From an uncultured Actinomycetes bacterium (lineage in GTDB: Bacteria > Actinomycetota > Thermoleophilia > Gaiellales > Gaiellaceae): 64,000 bases of DNA. The notes under the pieces were generated by a model. The model saw only the letters and a list, made by a program, of their open reading frames with translations, was not told the origin of the DNA and made no database searches. The translations under genes and the position numbers were made by a program. The stretch lies in contig CAVXZL010000001.1 of assembly GCA_963766345.1 (NCBI GenBank), forward strand, positions 1,911-65,910, written 5' to 3'. Positions 25,671 to 34,773 of the stretch are shown one piece after another; the stretch's first letter is position 1; every line of letters starts with the position of its first letter.

Positions 25671-27251
25671 GTGGCGAGGGCCGAGGAAGAGCGGACACAC
25701 GACTCCACCGAGGAGAAGCTCGCCTGGCTCGAGCAGCTGCGCGAAGACGCGCTTCACGCGGGCAGCGAGCGCGCCGTGGAGCGCCATCGCTCGGAGGGCA
25801 AGCTGCTCGCGCGGGAACGCGTCGAGCGCCTCTGCGATCCCGGCTCGTTCGTCGAGCTCGACCGGTACGTCCGCCACCGCGAGTCGAACTTCGGGATGCT
25901 CTCGCGGCGCCCGTACGGCGACGCCGTCGTCACCGGCTACGGGACGATCTTCGGCCGCAAGGTCTTCGTCTTCTCGCAGGACTTCACCGTCTTCGGCGGC
26001 TCGCTGAGCGAGGTGTTCGCCGAGAAGATCTGCAAGGTCATGGACCTCGCCGCGAAGCTCGGCTGTCCCGTGATCGGCATCAACGACTCGGGCGGCGCGC
26101 GCATCCAGGAGGGCGTGGTCTCGCTCGCCGGCTACGCGGAGATCTTCTGGCGCAACGTGCAGTGCTCGGGCGTGATCCCGCAGATCTCGCTCGTGATGGG
26201 CCCGTGTGCCGGCGGCGCCGTCTATTCGCCTGCGATGACCGACTTCGTCTTCATGGTCGAAGGCTCGTCGTACATGTTCATCACCGGGCCCGACGTCGTG
26301 AAGACGGTCACCGGGGAGGAGGTCACGTTCGAGGAGCTCGGCGGCGCTGCGACGCACGCATCGCGCAGCGGCGTCGCGCATTTCGTCGCGCCCGACGAGG
26401 CCGCTTGCCTGGACGACGTGCGCTACCTCCTCTCGTACCTGCCGCAGAACAACCTCGACCCGCCGCCGTACGCGGAGCCGTCCGATCCACGCGACCGCGA
26501 GAGCCCGGAGCTCGACACGTTCGTCCCCGACAACCCGAACAAGCCGTACGACATGACGCAGGTCATCGCGGCGGTCGTCGACGACGGCGAGTTCCTCGAG
26601 GTGCACGAGCGGTACGCGGAGAACATCGTCTGCGGCTTCGCGCGTCTCGGCGGCCACTCAATCGGGATCGTCGGCAACCAGCCGCGCTCGCTCGCGGGCG
26701 TGCTCGACATCGACTCGTCGACGAAGGCCGGCCGCTTCGTCCGCACGTGCGACGCGTTCAACATCCCGCTCGTCACGTTCGTCGACGTGCCGGGCTTCCT
26801 GCCGGGAGCCGAACAGGAGTGGGGCGGGATCATCCGCCACGGCGCAAAGCTGCTGTACGCGTACGCGGAGGCGACGGTGCCGAAGATCGCCGTGATCACG
26901 CGCAAGGCCTACGGCGGGGCCTACGACGTCATGAGCTCGAAGCACATCCGCGCGGACTTCAACTTCGCGTGGCCCACGGCCGAGGTCGCCGTGATGGGGC
27001 CCGAAGGCGCAGTGAACATCATCTTCCGCAAGGAGCTCGAGGACGCGGACGATCCCGAGGCGCGCCGCGAGGAGCTGATCGCGGACTACAAGGAACGGTT
27101 CGCCAACCCGTGGTCGGCCGCCGAGCGAGGCTACGTCGACGACGTGATCGAGCCCCGGCGCACGCGGCCCGTCCTCATCGACGCCCTCGAGACGACGCTC
27201 ACGAAGCGCGAGCCTCGTCCGCGGCGCAAGCACGGCAACATCCCGCTGTAG
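25671..27251 (+). CDS. pccB: Acyl-CoA (propionyl-CoA) carboxylase carboxyltransferase beta subunit
   Basis: Full-length match to the PccB/AccD5 pattern ([54 protein letters not shown]). Confidence 0.92.
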   Translation: MARAEEERTHDSTEEKLAWLEQLREDALHAGSERAVERHRSEGKLLARERVERLCDPGSFVELDRYVRHRESNFGMLSRRPYGDAVVTGYGTIFGRKVFVFSQDFTVFGGSLSEVFAEKICKVMDLAAKLGCPVIGINDSGGARIQEGVVSLAGYAEIFWRNVQCSGVIPQISLVMGPCAGGAVYSPAMTDFVFMVEGSSYMFITGPDVVKTVTGEEVTFEELGGAATHASRSGVAHFVAPDEAACLDDVRYLLSYLPQNNLDPPPYAEPSDPRDRESPELDTFVPDNPNKPYDMTQVIAAVVDDGEFLEVHERYAENIVCGFARLGGHSIGIVGNQPRSLAGVLDIDSSTKAGRFVRTCDAFNIPLVTFVDVPGFLPGAEQEWGGIIRHGAKLLYAYAEATVPKIAVITRKAYGGAYDVMSSKHIRADFNFAWPTAEVAVMGPEGAVNIIFRKELEDADDPEARREELIADYKERFANPWSAAERGYVDDVIEPRRTRPVLIDALETTLTKREPRPRRKHGNIPL

Positions 27252-27254
27252 CGC

Positions 27255-28055
27255 CTACCGCACGCCGACGCGAACGCGATAGCCGAAGACGAACGGCACG
27301 GTGCGGTCGCCGAGGACGCGTTGTGCGACGGCTTCGAGTTCTTTCACGCCGAGCTCGTCGTCGGCGTCCTCGTACGTCATGTCGACGACCGGCAGGCCGA
27401 GGCTTCGCGTGAAGCCGACGACGCGCTCGGCATCGCCCTCCTCGACGGAGTGCAGCAGGATCTCGCGGCAGTACGTGAAGCGGCCGCTCTCGCGCATGCG
27501 TTCGAGATGCTCGTGCTTCGGCCAGCGGTCGCCGCCTCGCTCGATGCCGTGCCTGCGGCGGAAGCCGGCGCGGCGCCGCTGATACTCCTCGTACGCCGCG
27601 TCGAGCTCGGGCTCCACGACCGGCGGCCAGTCGTAGTCGTAGGCGGCGAACACGCCGCCCGACCGCAGGATGCGCGCGGCCTCCGCGAACGTTTGCGCGG
27701 GCTCCATCCAGTGCAGCGACTGCGAGCACGTCACGATGTCCGCGCAGCCGTCGTCGAGGCCGGTCTCCTGCGCGAACGCCTCGCGATACTCGACGCCGGG
27801 CGCGGCGGGCGCGGCGGCAAGCATCGCGGCGTTCGGCTCGACGCCGATCGCCCGCTCGGCCACTCCCGACCACGCGCGCGTCGAAAGCCCGGTGCCGCAG
27901 CCGAGGTCGACGACGAGCGCCGGCCGCTCGACGCGCGCGTACCGGCAGAGGACGTCGAGCAGCGCGCGCGGGGGCCGCGGCCGGTAGCGGTCGTAGCGGG
28001 ACGCGAATCCTTCGCGGTCGTAGCCCGACGCGTCGATCAGGTCGCGTGAGGACAC
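27255..28055 (-). CDS. Class I SAM-dependent methyltransferase (Methyltransf_11-like)
   Basis: Motif VVDLGCGTGLST and the acidic loop DIVTCSQSLHW. Confidence 0.8.
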   Translation of the reverse strand: MSSRDLIDASGYDREGFASRYDRYRPRPPRALLDVLCRYARVERPALVVDLGCGTGLSTRAWSGVAERAIGVEPNAAMLAAAPAAPGVEYREAFAQETGLDDGCADIVTCSQSLHWMEPAQTFAEAARILRSGGVFAAYDYDWPPVVEPELDAAYEEYQRRRAGFRRRHGIERGGDRWPKHEHLERMRESGRFTYCREILLHSVEEGDAERVVGFTRSLGLPVVDMTYEDADDELGVKELEAVAQRVLGDRTVPFVFGYRVRVGVR

Positions 28056-28059
28056 GGCA

Positions 28060-28076
28060 GCGAGGTTAGACCTCGC
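28060..28076 (-). terminator. Small hairpin GCGAGGT-TAG-ACCTCGC after the GGDEF/HD-GYP gene
   Basis: 7-bp stem 10 nt beyond the stop at 28087. There is no U-tract. Confidence 0.3.
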
Positions 28077-28086
28077 CGCGGACTGC

Positions 28087-29880
28087 CTAGGAGACGAGGC
28101 CTGCCGGGACCGGGCTCACGACGGCCGTCAGCGCGGCGACCGCTTGCGGATCGAACTGCTTCCCGGCCGACTCCTCGAGCTCGGCGAGCGCAGCGTCGAC
28201 GGTCAGTTTCTTGCGATACGCGCAGTCGCTCGTCAGCGCGTCGAACGCCTCCGCCACGGCGACGATCCGCGAGCCGAGAGGGATGTCGTCGCCGTGGAGG
28301 CCGTCCGGATAGCCGGCGCCGTCCCAGTGCTCGTGGTGGTGGAGCACGCAATCGGCGATCGGATCGGCGCCGAGGCTCTCGAGCATCCGGTAGCCCACCT
28401 GCGGATGCCGCTCGAGCGTCAGCCGCTCCGCGTCCGTCAGCGGCTCCGGCTTGCGGAGGATCTCGTCCGGCACGGCGAGCTTGCCCACGTCGTGAAGGCC
28501 GCCGGCGATGCGCACGAGCTCGACGTCGTTCGCATCGAGGTCGAGCCGCGTGGCGATCCGCTCCGCCAGCTCGGCGACGCGCGCGGCATGACCGTCGGCG
28601 TACGCGTCCCGCGCGTCGACAGCTTTCGCGAGGCTCTCCGCCGCCTCGATCCGCGCCGCGCGGTCGCCACCGCGCGTGAGCTTCTTCAGGTCGGCGAGGT
28701 CGACGACCTCCGGCCGGTACGCGTGCACGCGGTTCTTGCCGTGCTCCTTCGCCCAGTAGAGAGCGCTGTCGGCCAGCCGGATCAGCTCGTCGCGGCCGAC
28801 GCCCTGCACCGGGTACGTCGCGACACCTGCGCTCACCGTCACGGGCTCAGTGAACTCGAGCTGCATGCCGCGCAGGCGATCGACGATGGATGCGGCCGTG
28901 TCGAGCGCGGCTGCCTCGGCCTGCTCCGGGAGCAGCACGGCGAACTCGTCGCCGCCGAGTCGGAAGGCCTCGCCGCCCTGCCGCAGCCGCCCGGCGACCT
29001 CCGACAGAACGCGGTCGCCCACCGGATGGCCGTACACGTCGTTGATGTGCTTGAAGTCGTCGAGGTCGACGAGGCAGAGGCTCAGGAACCCGCGCGCTTC
29101 TTCCGCCGCGACGAGCTCGCGCTGGAGCCGCTCGTGGAAGTGGCGGTGGTTGCCGAGACCCGTCAACGGGTCGGTGAGCGCGAGCCGCATCGCGCGCAGC
29201 GCGCGATACGTCGAACGTTGGTACAGCGAGATCGCGAGCAGCGGCCCGACGAGGGCGGCCGCGAGGATCGCCGAGCGCTGCCAGAGAACGACGAGGATGA
29301 GCGACGCCGACGCCATCAGCGCGAAGGGGATGACCGTGCCGACGGTGTTCGTCCGCACGAGCGAGGTGAACGAGCGCTTCGAGTGGACGGCGACGACGAG
29401 CGTGATCAGGAGCAGGTTGATCCAGTAGTCCACGAACGCCGCGATGCCGACCGCGAGCACCAGCCCGCCGACGGTCTGCGTGTCGAGCCACTGGATCGAG
29501 AGGCCCGCGAGCGCCGCCGCGCCGCCGAAGACGGACGCGTTGTAGACGACGCGGATCGCGGGGCGGTGCTGAAGAAGCTGCGTGAACGTCCCGATCGCCG
29601 CGAGCAGCGCGCCCGCTTCCCAGCCGTAGATGACCGTCGTCGAGACGACGAAGACGTAGAGCAGCGAGACGCCGCCGGCGTCGGCTCCCTCGACCGGAAC
29701 CGGGAAGCGCTCCGCGAACATCGACGCCGCGAGCAGCGCGGCGAGCCCGAGGAGCGTGCCCGTCGAATGATCCTGGCGCGCGAACGAGATCGCCGCCCAG
29801 GCAAGCGTGAGGGCGCCCGCCGTGCAGACGGGCACCAGCACGGCGAGCAGCCGTGGCGGGAGGCCCGCCCGCGCGCTCAC
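28087..29880 (-). CDS. Membrane-bound GGDEF + HD-GYP domain protein (c-di-GMP synthesis/hydrolysis)
   Basis: About 6-7 N-terminal TM helices. GGDEF domain (RLGGDEFAVLL, I-site-like RVHA) and HD-GYP domain (GGLHDVGKLAVP, HHEHWDGAGYPDGL). The GTG at 29880 is preferred. The track ORF extends to 29958. Confidence 0.85.
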   Translation of the reverse strand: MSARAGLPPRLLAVLVPVCTAGALTLAWAAISFARQDHSTGTLLGLAALLAASMFAERFPVPVEGADAGGVSLLYVFVVSTTVIYGWEAGALLAAIGTFTQLLQHRPAIRVVYNASVFGGAAALAGLSIQWLDTQTVGGLVLAVGIAAFVDYWINLLLITLVVAVHSKRSFTSLVRTNTVGTVIPFALMASASLILVVLWQRSAILAAALVGPLLAISLYQRSTYRALRAMRLALTDPLTGLGNHRHFHERLQRELVAAEEARGFLSLCLVDLDDFKHINDVYGHPVGDRVLSEVAGRLRQGGEAFRLGGDEFAVLLPEQAEAAALDTAASIVDRLRGMQLEFTEPVTVSAGVATYPVQGVGRDELIRLADSALYWAKEHGKNRVHAYRPEVVDLADLKKLTRGGDRAARIEAAESLAKAVDARDAYADGHAARVAELAERIATRLDLDANDVELVRIAGGLHDVGKLAVPDEILRKPEPLTDAERLTLERHPQVGYRMLESLGADPIADCVLHHHEHWDGAGYPDGLHGDDIPLGSRIVAVAEAFDALTSDCAYRKKLTVDAALAELEESAGKQFDPQAVAALTAVVSPVPAGLVS

Positions 29881-29890
29881 GTCGCGTTTT

Positions 29891-30007
29891 CTACCAGCCG
29901 AACTGCCGGAGCGTGTCGCCGGCGTCACCCGCGTAACCGCCGAACGCTGCGACCGCAAGCGCCGCGAGGGTGAGGACTGCGTAGAAGCGTGGTTTCCACT
30001 GAAGCAT
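29891..30007 (-). CDS. Possible 38-aa single-TM small protein
   Basis: ATG preceded by GGAAAGG. The sequence is MLQWKPRFYAVLTLAALAVAAFGGYAGDAGDTLRQFGW. It is below the ORF-track size cutoff and sits between the NlpC/P60 and GGDEF genes. Confidence 0.3.
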   Translation of the reverse strand: MLQWKPRFYAVLTLAALAVAAFGGYAGDAGDTLRQFGW

Positions 30008-30029
30008 CGTTGGGGCCTTTCCGCAGAGG

Positions 30030-30067
30030 ACGAGGAAGAATCGAGACGTGCCGATTGTCTTCCTCGT
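30030..30067 (-). terminator. 10-bp inverted repeat ACGAGGAAGA-n18-TCTTCCTCGT downstream of the NlpC/P60 gene
   Basis: Perfect 10-bp stem seen in the sequence, about 40 nt after the stop at 30106. No U-tract. Confidence 0.35.
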
Positions 30068-30105
30068 TGCCGTTGCGGACATCACCACAACGGGGGATCT
30101 GGTGT

Positions 30106-31119
30106 CTACGAGAGCCTTGCCTCGTTCAAGGGACGTCGCGCCCAGGCGAAGCTCGACGCGTACCAGCCGTCGAGCCGGGCCAGCGCGACGCCGTATCCCG
30201 ACGAGTGGATGAACCAGCCGTTGCCGAGGTAGATGGCCGTGTGATCGACCTGCGCCGGCTTCGACTTCGGGCCGCGCGAGCCGAAGAAGATGACGTCGGC
30301 CGGCTCGAGGCCGGCGATGCCGATGCGGGCGGACTTCGCGACCTCGCCGCTCATCGCCATCGTCGTGCGTCCGTGCAGCACGCCGCTCAGCTGCGGTGCG
30401 CCCGAGTAGGACTGCAGCTTGAAGACGCGCCACACGAACCCCGAGCAGTCGAAGCCTCCGGGAGTCGCGAGGCCGAGCGGCGTCTGCGCGTTCTCGCTCG
30501 TGCCTCCCCAGACGTACGGGTAGCCGATGAACGACACGGCGACGCGCAGGATGCGGCGCTGCCACGTCGTCAGATCGGGGAGCTCGAAGCTCTGCGCAGC
30601 GTCGTCGACGCTCTGGAGCTCCCAGTCGCCGAAGCCGAGGATCTGCGCGGCCGAGAACGCGGCCTCGGCGCGGGTCGCCGTGTCGTTCGGGAGCAGTTCG
30701 AGCGCGTCCTGCCCGGTTGGATGGTTCGTCCGGAGCGCGAGCAGCCGGGCGACGGCCTCGGTGCCGAACCGGCTCGGAGGCGCAAGGCCGGCGGCTTTCG
30801 CGGCGGCGGCGAAGGCTGCCGAGTCGGCACGAAGACCGAGTGCCGTCACGAGCGCCGAGTCGAGCTTCGCCATCGTGACGGGCGCAGTCGGCTCTGCGGG
30901 CGAAGCGGCCGGGCGCTCCGTGAGGCCGGCGACGAGGTCGGCGAGCGCGGCCTGCGTGAGCGGCGCGTCCGGCTGGAAGGACGCTGCCTTGCCGCCCATG
31001 AGGCCTCGCGACGTGACGGCGCGGATCTCACGTTGTGCCCACGACGTCGTGCCGGCCGCCGCGAAAGCGGGGGCCGCGAGGGTCAGACAAAGGACTGTCA
31101 GGAGCGCGTACCGCCGCAT
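30106..31119 (-). CDS. Secreted NlpC/P60-family peptidoglycan endopeptidase with SLH-like N-terminal repeats
   Basis: Signal peptide LCLTLAAPAFA. The catalytic Cys is in FDCSGFVWRVF and the catalytic His in HTAIYLGNGWFIHSS. Confidence 0.85.
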   Translation of the reverse strand: MRRYALLTVLCLTLAAPAFAAAGTTSWAQREIRAVTSRGLMGGKAASFQPDAPLTQAALADLVAGLTERPAASPAEPTAPVTMAKLDSALVTALGLRADSAAFAAAAKAAGLAPPSRFGTEAVARLLALRTNHPTGQDALELLPNDTATRAEAAFSAAQILGFGDWELQSVDDAAQSFELPDLTTWQRRILRVAVSFIGYPYVWGGTSENAQTPLGLATPGGFDCSGFVWRVFKLQSYSGAPQLSGVLHGRTTMAMSGEVAKSARIGIAGLEPADVIFFGSRGPKSKPAQVDHTAIYLGNGWFIHSSGYGVALARLDGWYASSFAWARRPLNEARLS

Positions 31120-31166
31120 CTCCAGGCCAATCGGCTTGCGCGGGCGAAGTCTTAAGCTCTTGCCGC

Positions 31167-31352
31167 ATGGCGATCGAGATCACGCCGGAGCCGAACGAGG
31201 ACGAGCGCCGCGCGATTTTGGCCGCGCTCGCGGCTGCGGAGACGATGCCCGCGGCGTACGCGAGCCGCTGGCGCGCCTCGGCGCTCGACGATCTACGCGA
31301 CGGCGCGCTTGCGGAGCAGAGCAGGAGCGACGCGCGCGTAGTCGAGCCCTGA
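31167..31352 (+). CDS. Possible acyl-CoA carboxylase epsilon-subunit-like small protein (61 aa)
   Basis: MAIEITPEPNEDERRAILAALAAAE...SRWRASAL resembles the short AccE/PccE pattern (xxPxxEELAAxxAxL ... W). No clear SD was found. The last 60 nt overlap the pgsA 3' end on the opposite strand. Confidence 0.35.
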   Translation: MAIEITPEPNEDERRAILAALAAAETMPAAYASRWRASALDDLRDGALAEQSRSDARVVEP

Positions 31353-31835
31353 CACCCACGTCAGGACGACCGCGACGAGCAGCGCCCACCAGGCGACGCG
31401 ATCCGACCAGAGACCGGCGGCGGCGAAGCCGCCGACAGCCGCCGCGACCGCCTGCGACCAGGTCTTGAGCTTGCCGAGGTCGCGGGCTGCGATGACGACG
31501 CCGCGCTCGAGCGCGGCGAGGCGGAGGCCCGACACGAGGAACTCGCGCGCGACGATCGCGACGACCATCCACGCGGGAAAGGCGTCCTGGTCGATCAACG
31601 TGATGAGCACCGAGAGGACGAGCAGCTTGTCGGCGACGGGATCGAGCAGCGTTCCGAGCGACGACGAGTGGCCGCGGCGGCGCGCGATCCGTCCGTCGAG
31701 CCAGTCGGTCGCCATCGCGACGATGAACAAGCCCGTCGCCCAGTAGTCGTGGTTCGGGAAGTTCCACTCGTACAGGAGGACGACGACGGGGACCGAGAGC
31801 GCCCGTGCGACGGTGAGCTGATCCGGGAGAGTCAC
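31293..31835 (-). CDS. pgsA: CDP-diacylglycerol--glycerol-3-phosphate 3-phosphatidyltransferase
   Basis: CDP-alcohol phosphatidyltransferase motif DWLDGRIARRRGHSSSLGTLLDPVADK, with TM helices. GTG start at 31835. The rest of track ORF 31293..33524 is antisense to accA. Confidence 0.85.
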   Translation of the reverse strand: MTLPDQLTVARALSVPVVVLLYEWNFPNHDYWATGLFIVAMATDWLDGRIARRRGHSSSLGTLLDPVADKLLVLSVLITLIDQDAFPAWMVVAIVAREFLVSGLRLAALERGVVIAARDLGKLKTWSQAVAAAVGGFAAAGLWSDRVAWWALLVAVVLTWVSGLDYARVAPALLRKRAVA

Positions 31836-31856
31836 CTGCTCGGAGAGAATACGGCC

Positions 31857-33608
31857 GTGCCGTTCTCCAAGGTTCTGGTCGCCAACCGCGGCGAGATCGC
31901 CGTCCGCATCTTCCGAACGCTCCGCGAGCTCGGCGTCGGCGCGGTTGCGATCTATTCGGACGGCGACCGCGGCTCGCCGCACGTCACGTACGCGGACGAG
32001 GCGTACGCGCTCGGCGGCGGCTCGCCTGCGGAGACGTACCTCGCCGCCGAGCGGATCGTCGAGATCGCGGGCCGAGCCGGCGCGGAGGCGATCCATCCGG
32101 GCTACGGCTTCCTCGCCGAGAACGCACGGTTCGCTTCGCTCGTCGAGGAGGCGGGGCTCGTCTGGGTCGGGCCGCCCGCGGCGGCGATCGAGGCGATGGG
32201 CTCGAAGATCGCCGCGCGCGAGCGGATGCGCGAGGCCGGCGTGCCGATCGTGCCCGGCACGACCGAGCCGCTGGAGTCGGCCGAGCAGCTCGCGCACCTC
32301 GGGGAGGAGCTCGGCTGGCCGCTCGCGATCAAGGCGTCGGCCGGCGGCGGCGGCAAGGGCCTCAAGGTCGTCCGCAATGCGGACGAGGCGGCGCGCGCGT
32401 TCGAGTCTGCCCGTCGAGAGGGCGAGGCGTACTTCTCGGACGACACGGTCTACATCGAGCGCTACCTCGAGGATCCGCGGCACGTCGAGGCTCAGGTCCT
32501 CGCCGACGGCCACGGCGACGTCCTCTTTCTCGGCGAGCGCGACTGCACGATCCAGCGGAGGCACCAGAAGCTCGTCGAGGAGACGCCGTCGCCCGCCGTC
32601 GGCCCGGAGCTGCGCGAGCGCATCGGCGAGATCGCAGTTGCGGCAGCGCGCGCGGTCGACTATCGCAGCGCGGGCACGATCGAGGGACTGCTGTCGCCCG
32701 AAGGCGAGTGGTTCTTCCTCGAGATGAACACCCGCATCCAGGTGGAGCACACCGTCACCGAGATGGTGACGGGCCTCGACCTCGTGCGCGAGCAGCTGCT
32801 CATCGCGGCCGGAGAGCCGCTGTCGCTGAAGCAGGAGGACGTGCGCTTCAACGGCCACTCGATCGAGTGCCGCATCAACGCCGAGGATGTCGCGCATGCC
32901 TTCCGTCCGTCCCCCGGGCGGATCGCGGCCTACCGGGAGCCGGCCGGTCCGGGCGTCCGCGTCGACTCGGGCGTCGTCGCCGGCTCGGAGATCTCGGCGT
33001 CGTACGACCCGATGATCGCGAAGCTCGTCGTGCACGGGCAGGATCGCGAGCACGCACGCCGGCGGATGCTGCGTGCACTCGACGAGTTCGTGATCGAAGG
33101 TCCGACGACGCTGCTCGGATTTCACAAGGCGCTCCTCTCTCATCCCTGCTTCGTCGAAGGCGCGACGTGCCACGGCGTCGTCGAGTCGGAGCTGCTGGCC
33201 GAACGCGCGCTCGCGCTGTCGGGGACGCAAGCGGCCGTGGCCGCGTCGGCGGACGGCGCAGTTCGCGCGCGCGTGCGCGCCGTGGAAGTCGAAGGACGGC
33301 GCTTCGCGGTGACGGTGCTCCAGCCGGAGCCGCCCTGGGCGGAGCTGGCGCGACAGCGACGGCGGCGCAGCGACGAGTCGGCAGGAGGCGGCCGCGAGGC
33401 GCTCACGAGCCCGATGCAGGGGACGGTGCTCGCGGTGCACGTCGCCGAGGGCGACGGCGTCTCGGCCGGTCAGCTCATCTGCATCATCGAGGCGATGAAG
33501 ATGGAGAACGAAGTCCACGCGCATCGCGCGGGCACCGTGCGTCAGCTCTCCGTCGCAGCCGGCGAGCCCGTGACGACAGGGCAGGTCATCTGCGTCGTGG
33601 AGGCGTGA
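31857..33608 (+). CDS. accA: Acetyl/propionyl-CoA carboxylase alpha subunit (biotin carboxylase + BCCP domain)
   Basis: GTG start after the SD GGAGAG. Motifs KVLVANRGEIAVRI, GGGGKG, EMNTRIQVEH and a C-terminal biotinyl motif EAMKMENEV. Confidence 0.92.
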   Translation: MPFSKVLVANRGEIAVRIFRTLRELGVGAVAIYSDGDRGSPHVTYADEAYALGGGSPAETYLAAERIVEIAGRAGAEAIHPGYGFLAENARFASLVEEAGLVWVGPPAAAIEAMGSKIAARERMREAGVPIVPGTTEPLESAEQLAHLGEELGWPLAIKASAGGGGKGLKVVRNADEAARAFESARREGEAYFSDDTVYIERYLEDPRHVEAQVLADGHGDVLFLGERDCTIQRRHQKLVEETPSPAVGPELRERIGEIAVAAARAVDYRSAGTIEGLLSPEGEWFFLEMNTRIQVEHTVTEMVTGLDLVREQLLIAAGEPLSLKQEDVRFNGHSIECRINAEDVAHAFRPSPGRIAAYREPAGPGVRVDSGVVAGSEISASYDPMIAKLVVHGQDREHARRRMLRALDEFVIEGPTTLLGFHKALLSHPCFVEGATCHGVVESELLAERALALSGTQAAVAASADGAVRARVRAVEVEGRRFAVTVLQPEPPWAELARQRRRRSDESAGGGREALTSPMQGTVLAVHVAEGDGVSAGQLICIIEAMKMENEVHAHRAGTVRQLSVAAGEPVTTGQVICVVEA

Positions 33609-33630
33609 GCGCCCACTAGAGTCGCTGCCG

Positions 33631-34773
33631 GTGGATCTCTACGAGTACCAGGGGAAGCAGCTCTTCCGCCGTTTCGGCATCCCCGTCTCCGACGGCCGGC
33701 TCGCGACCTCGCCGGAGGAGGCGCGGGCCGCGGCGGTGGAGCTCGGCGGCCCGGTCGTCGTCAAGGCCCAGGTGCTCACCGGCGGGCGAGGCAAGGCCGG
33801 CGGCGTGAAGCTCGCGGACGACCCCGCGGACGCCGAGCAGAAGGCGCGCGCGATTCTCGGGCTCGACATCCGCGGCCACGTCGTGCGCAAGCTCTGGATC
33901 GAGCGCGCGTCCGACATCGCGAAGGAGTACTACCTCTCCGTCACGTTCGACCGCTCGGAGAAGGCACCGCTCTTCATGCTCACGACCGAGGGCGGAGTCG
34001 AGATCGAGGAGGTCGCCGCGACGAAGCCCGAGGCACTCGCGCGGCTGCATGCGAACGTCCTCGAGGGCTTCCAGCCGTACCAGGGCAGGCGCCTCATCTA
34101 CGGCTCCGGCATCGACGACCCGGGCGAGCAGAAGCAGGTGCTCGACATAGTCGGGAAGCTCTACCGCTGCTTCGAGGAGTCCGACGCGATGCTGTGCGAG
34201 ATCAACCCGCTCGTCGTCACGCCCGACGGCACGGTGAAGGCGCTCGACGCGAAGGTCACGATCGACGACAGCGCGCTCTACCGGCACGCAGACATCGCCG
34301 AGATGCGCGACATCTCCGCCGCTGACCCGCTCGAGGCGTTCGCCCGCGAGAAGGGCGTCACGTACGTGAAGCTCGACGGCTCGGTCGGGATCCTCGGCAA
34401 CGGCGCGGGGCTCTCGATGTCGACCGTGGACGTGGTCGTCGTCGCGGGCGGCAAGCCGGCGAACTTCTGCGACCTCGGCGGCGGCGGCGACGCGCAGGGC
34501 GTGGTCGACGCGCTCGAGGTGATCGTCCGCGACAACGACGTCCGCTCGATCTTCTTCAACATCTTCGGCGGCATCACGCGCTGCGACGAGGTCGCGCGCG
34601 GCATCCTCGCGGCGCTCGAGCAGATGTCGATCACGCTGCCGCTCGTCGTGCGGCTCGACGGGACGAACGCGGACGAGGGACGGCAGATCCTCCGGGACGC
34701 CGCGCCGCCGAACCTCTACGTCGAGCCGACGATGCTCGACGCGGCACGCCGCGCGGTGGAGCTCGCAGGATGA
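33631..34773 (+). CDS. sucC: Succinate--CoA ligase beta subunit
   Basis: Motifs MDLYEYQGKQLF and KAQVLTGGRGKAGGVK, with NIFGGITRCDEVA near the C-terminus. Confidence 0.95.
   Translation: MDLYEYQGKQLFRRFGIPVSDGRLATSPEEARAAAVELGGPVVVKAQVLTGGRGKAGGVKLADDPADAEQKARAILGLDIRGHVVRKLWIERASDIAKEYYLSVTFDRSEKAPLFMLTTEGGVEIEEVAATKPEALARLHANVLEGFQPYQGRRLIYGSGIDDPGEQKQVLDIVGKLYRCFEESDAMLCEINPLVVTPDGTVKALDAKVTIDDSALYRHADIAEMRDISAADPLEAFAREKGVTYVKLDGSVGILGNGAGLSMSTVDVVVVAGGKPANFCDLGGGGDAQGVVDALEVIVRDNDVRSIFFNIFGGITRCDEVARGILAALEQMSITLPLVVRLDGTNADEGRQILRDAAPPNLYVEPTMLDAARRAVELAG

Noticed and set aside
31120-31292. ydaO/c-di-AMP riboswitch upstream of the NlpC/P60 hydrolase gene
   Set aside because: These riboswitches often precede actinobacterial cell-wall hydrolase genes. 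However, the leader lacks the conserved GGGGA...CCA and ACGGGGUGAAUC-type elements, and the space is partly occupied by the AccE-like ORF.
31836-33524. Upstream 560 codons of the 743-aa minus-strand ORF 31293..33524
   Set aside because: Only the terminal 180 codons (pgsA, from GTG 31835) show CDP-alcohol phosphatidyltransferase motifs. The rest is antisense to accA.
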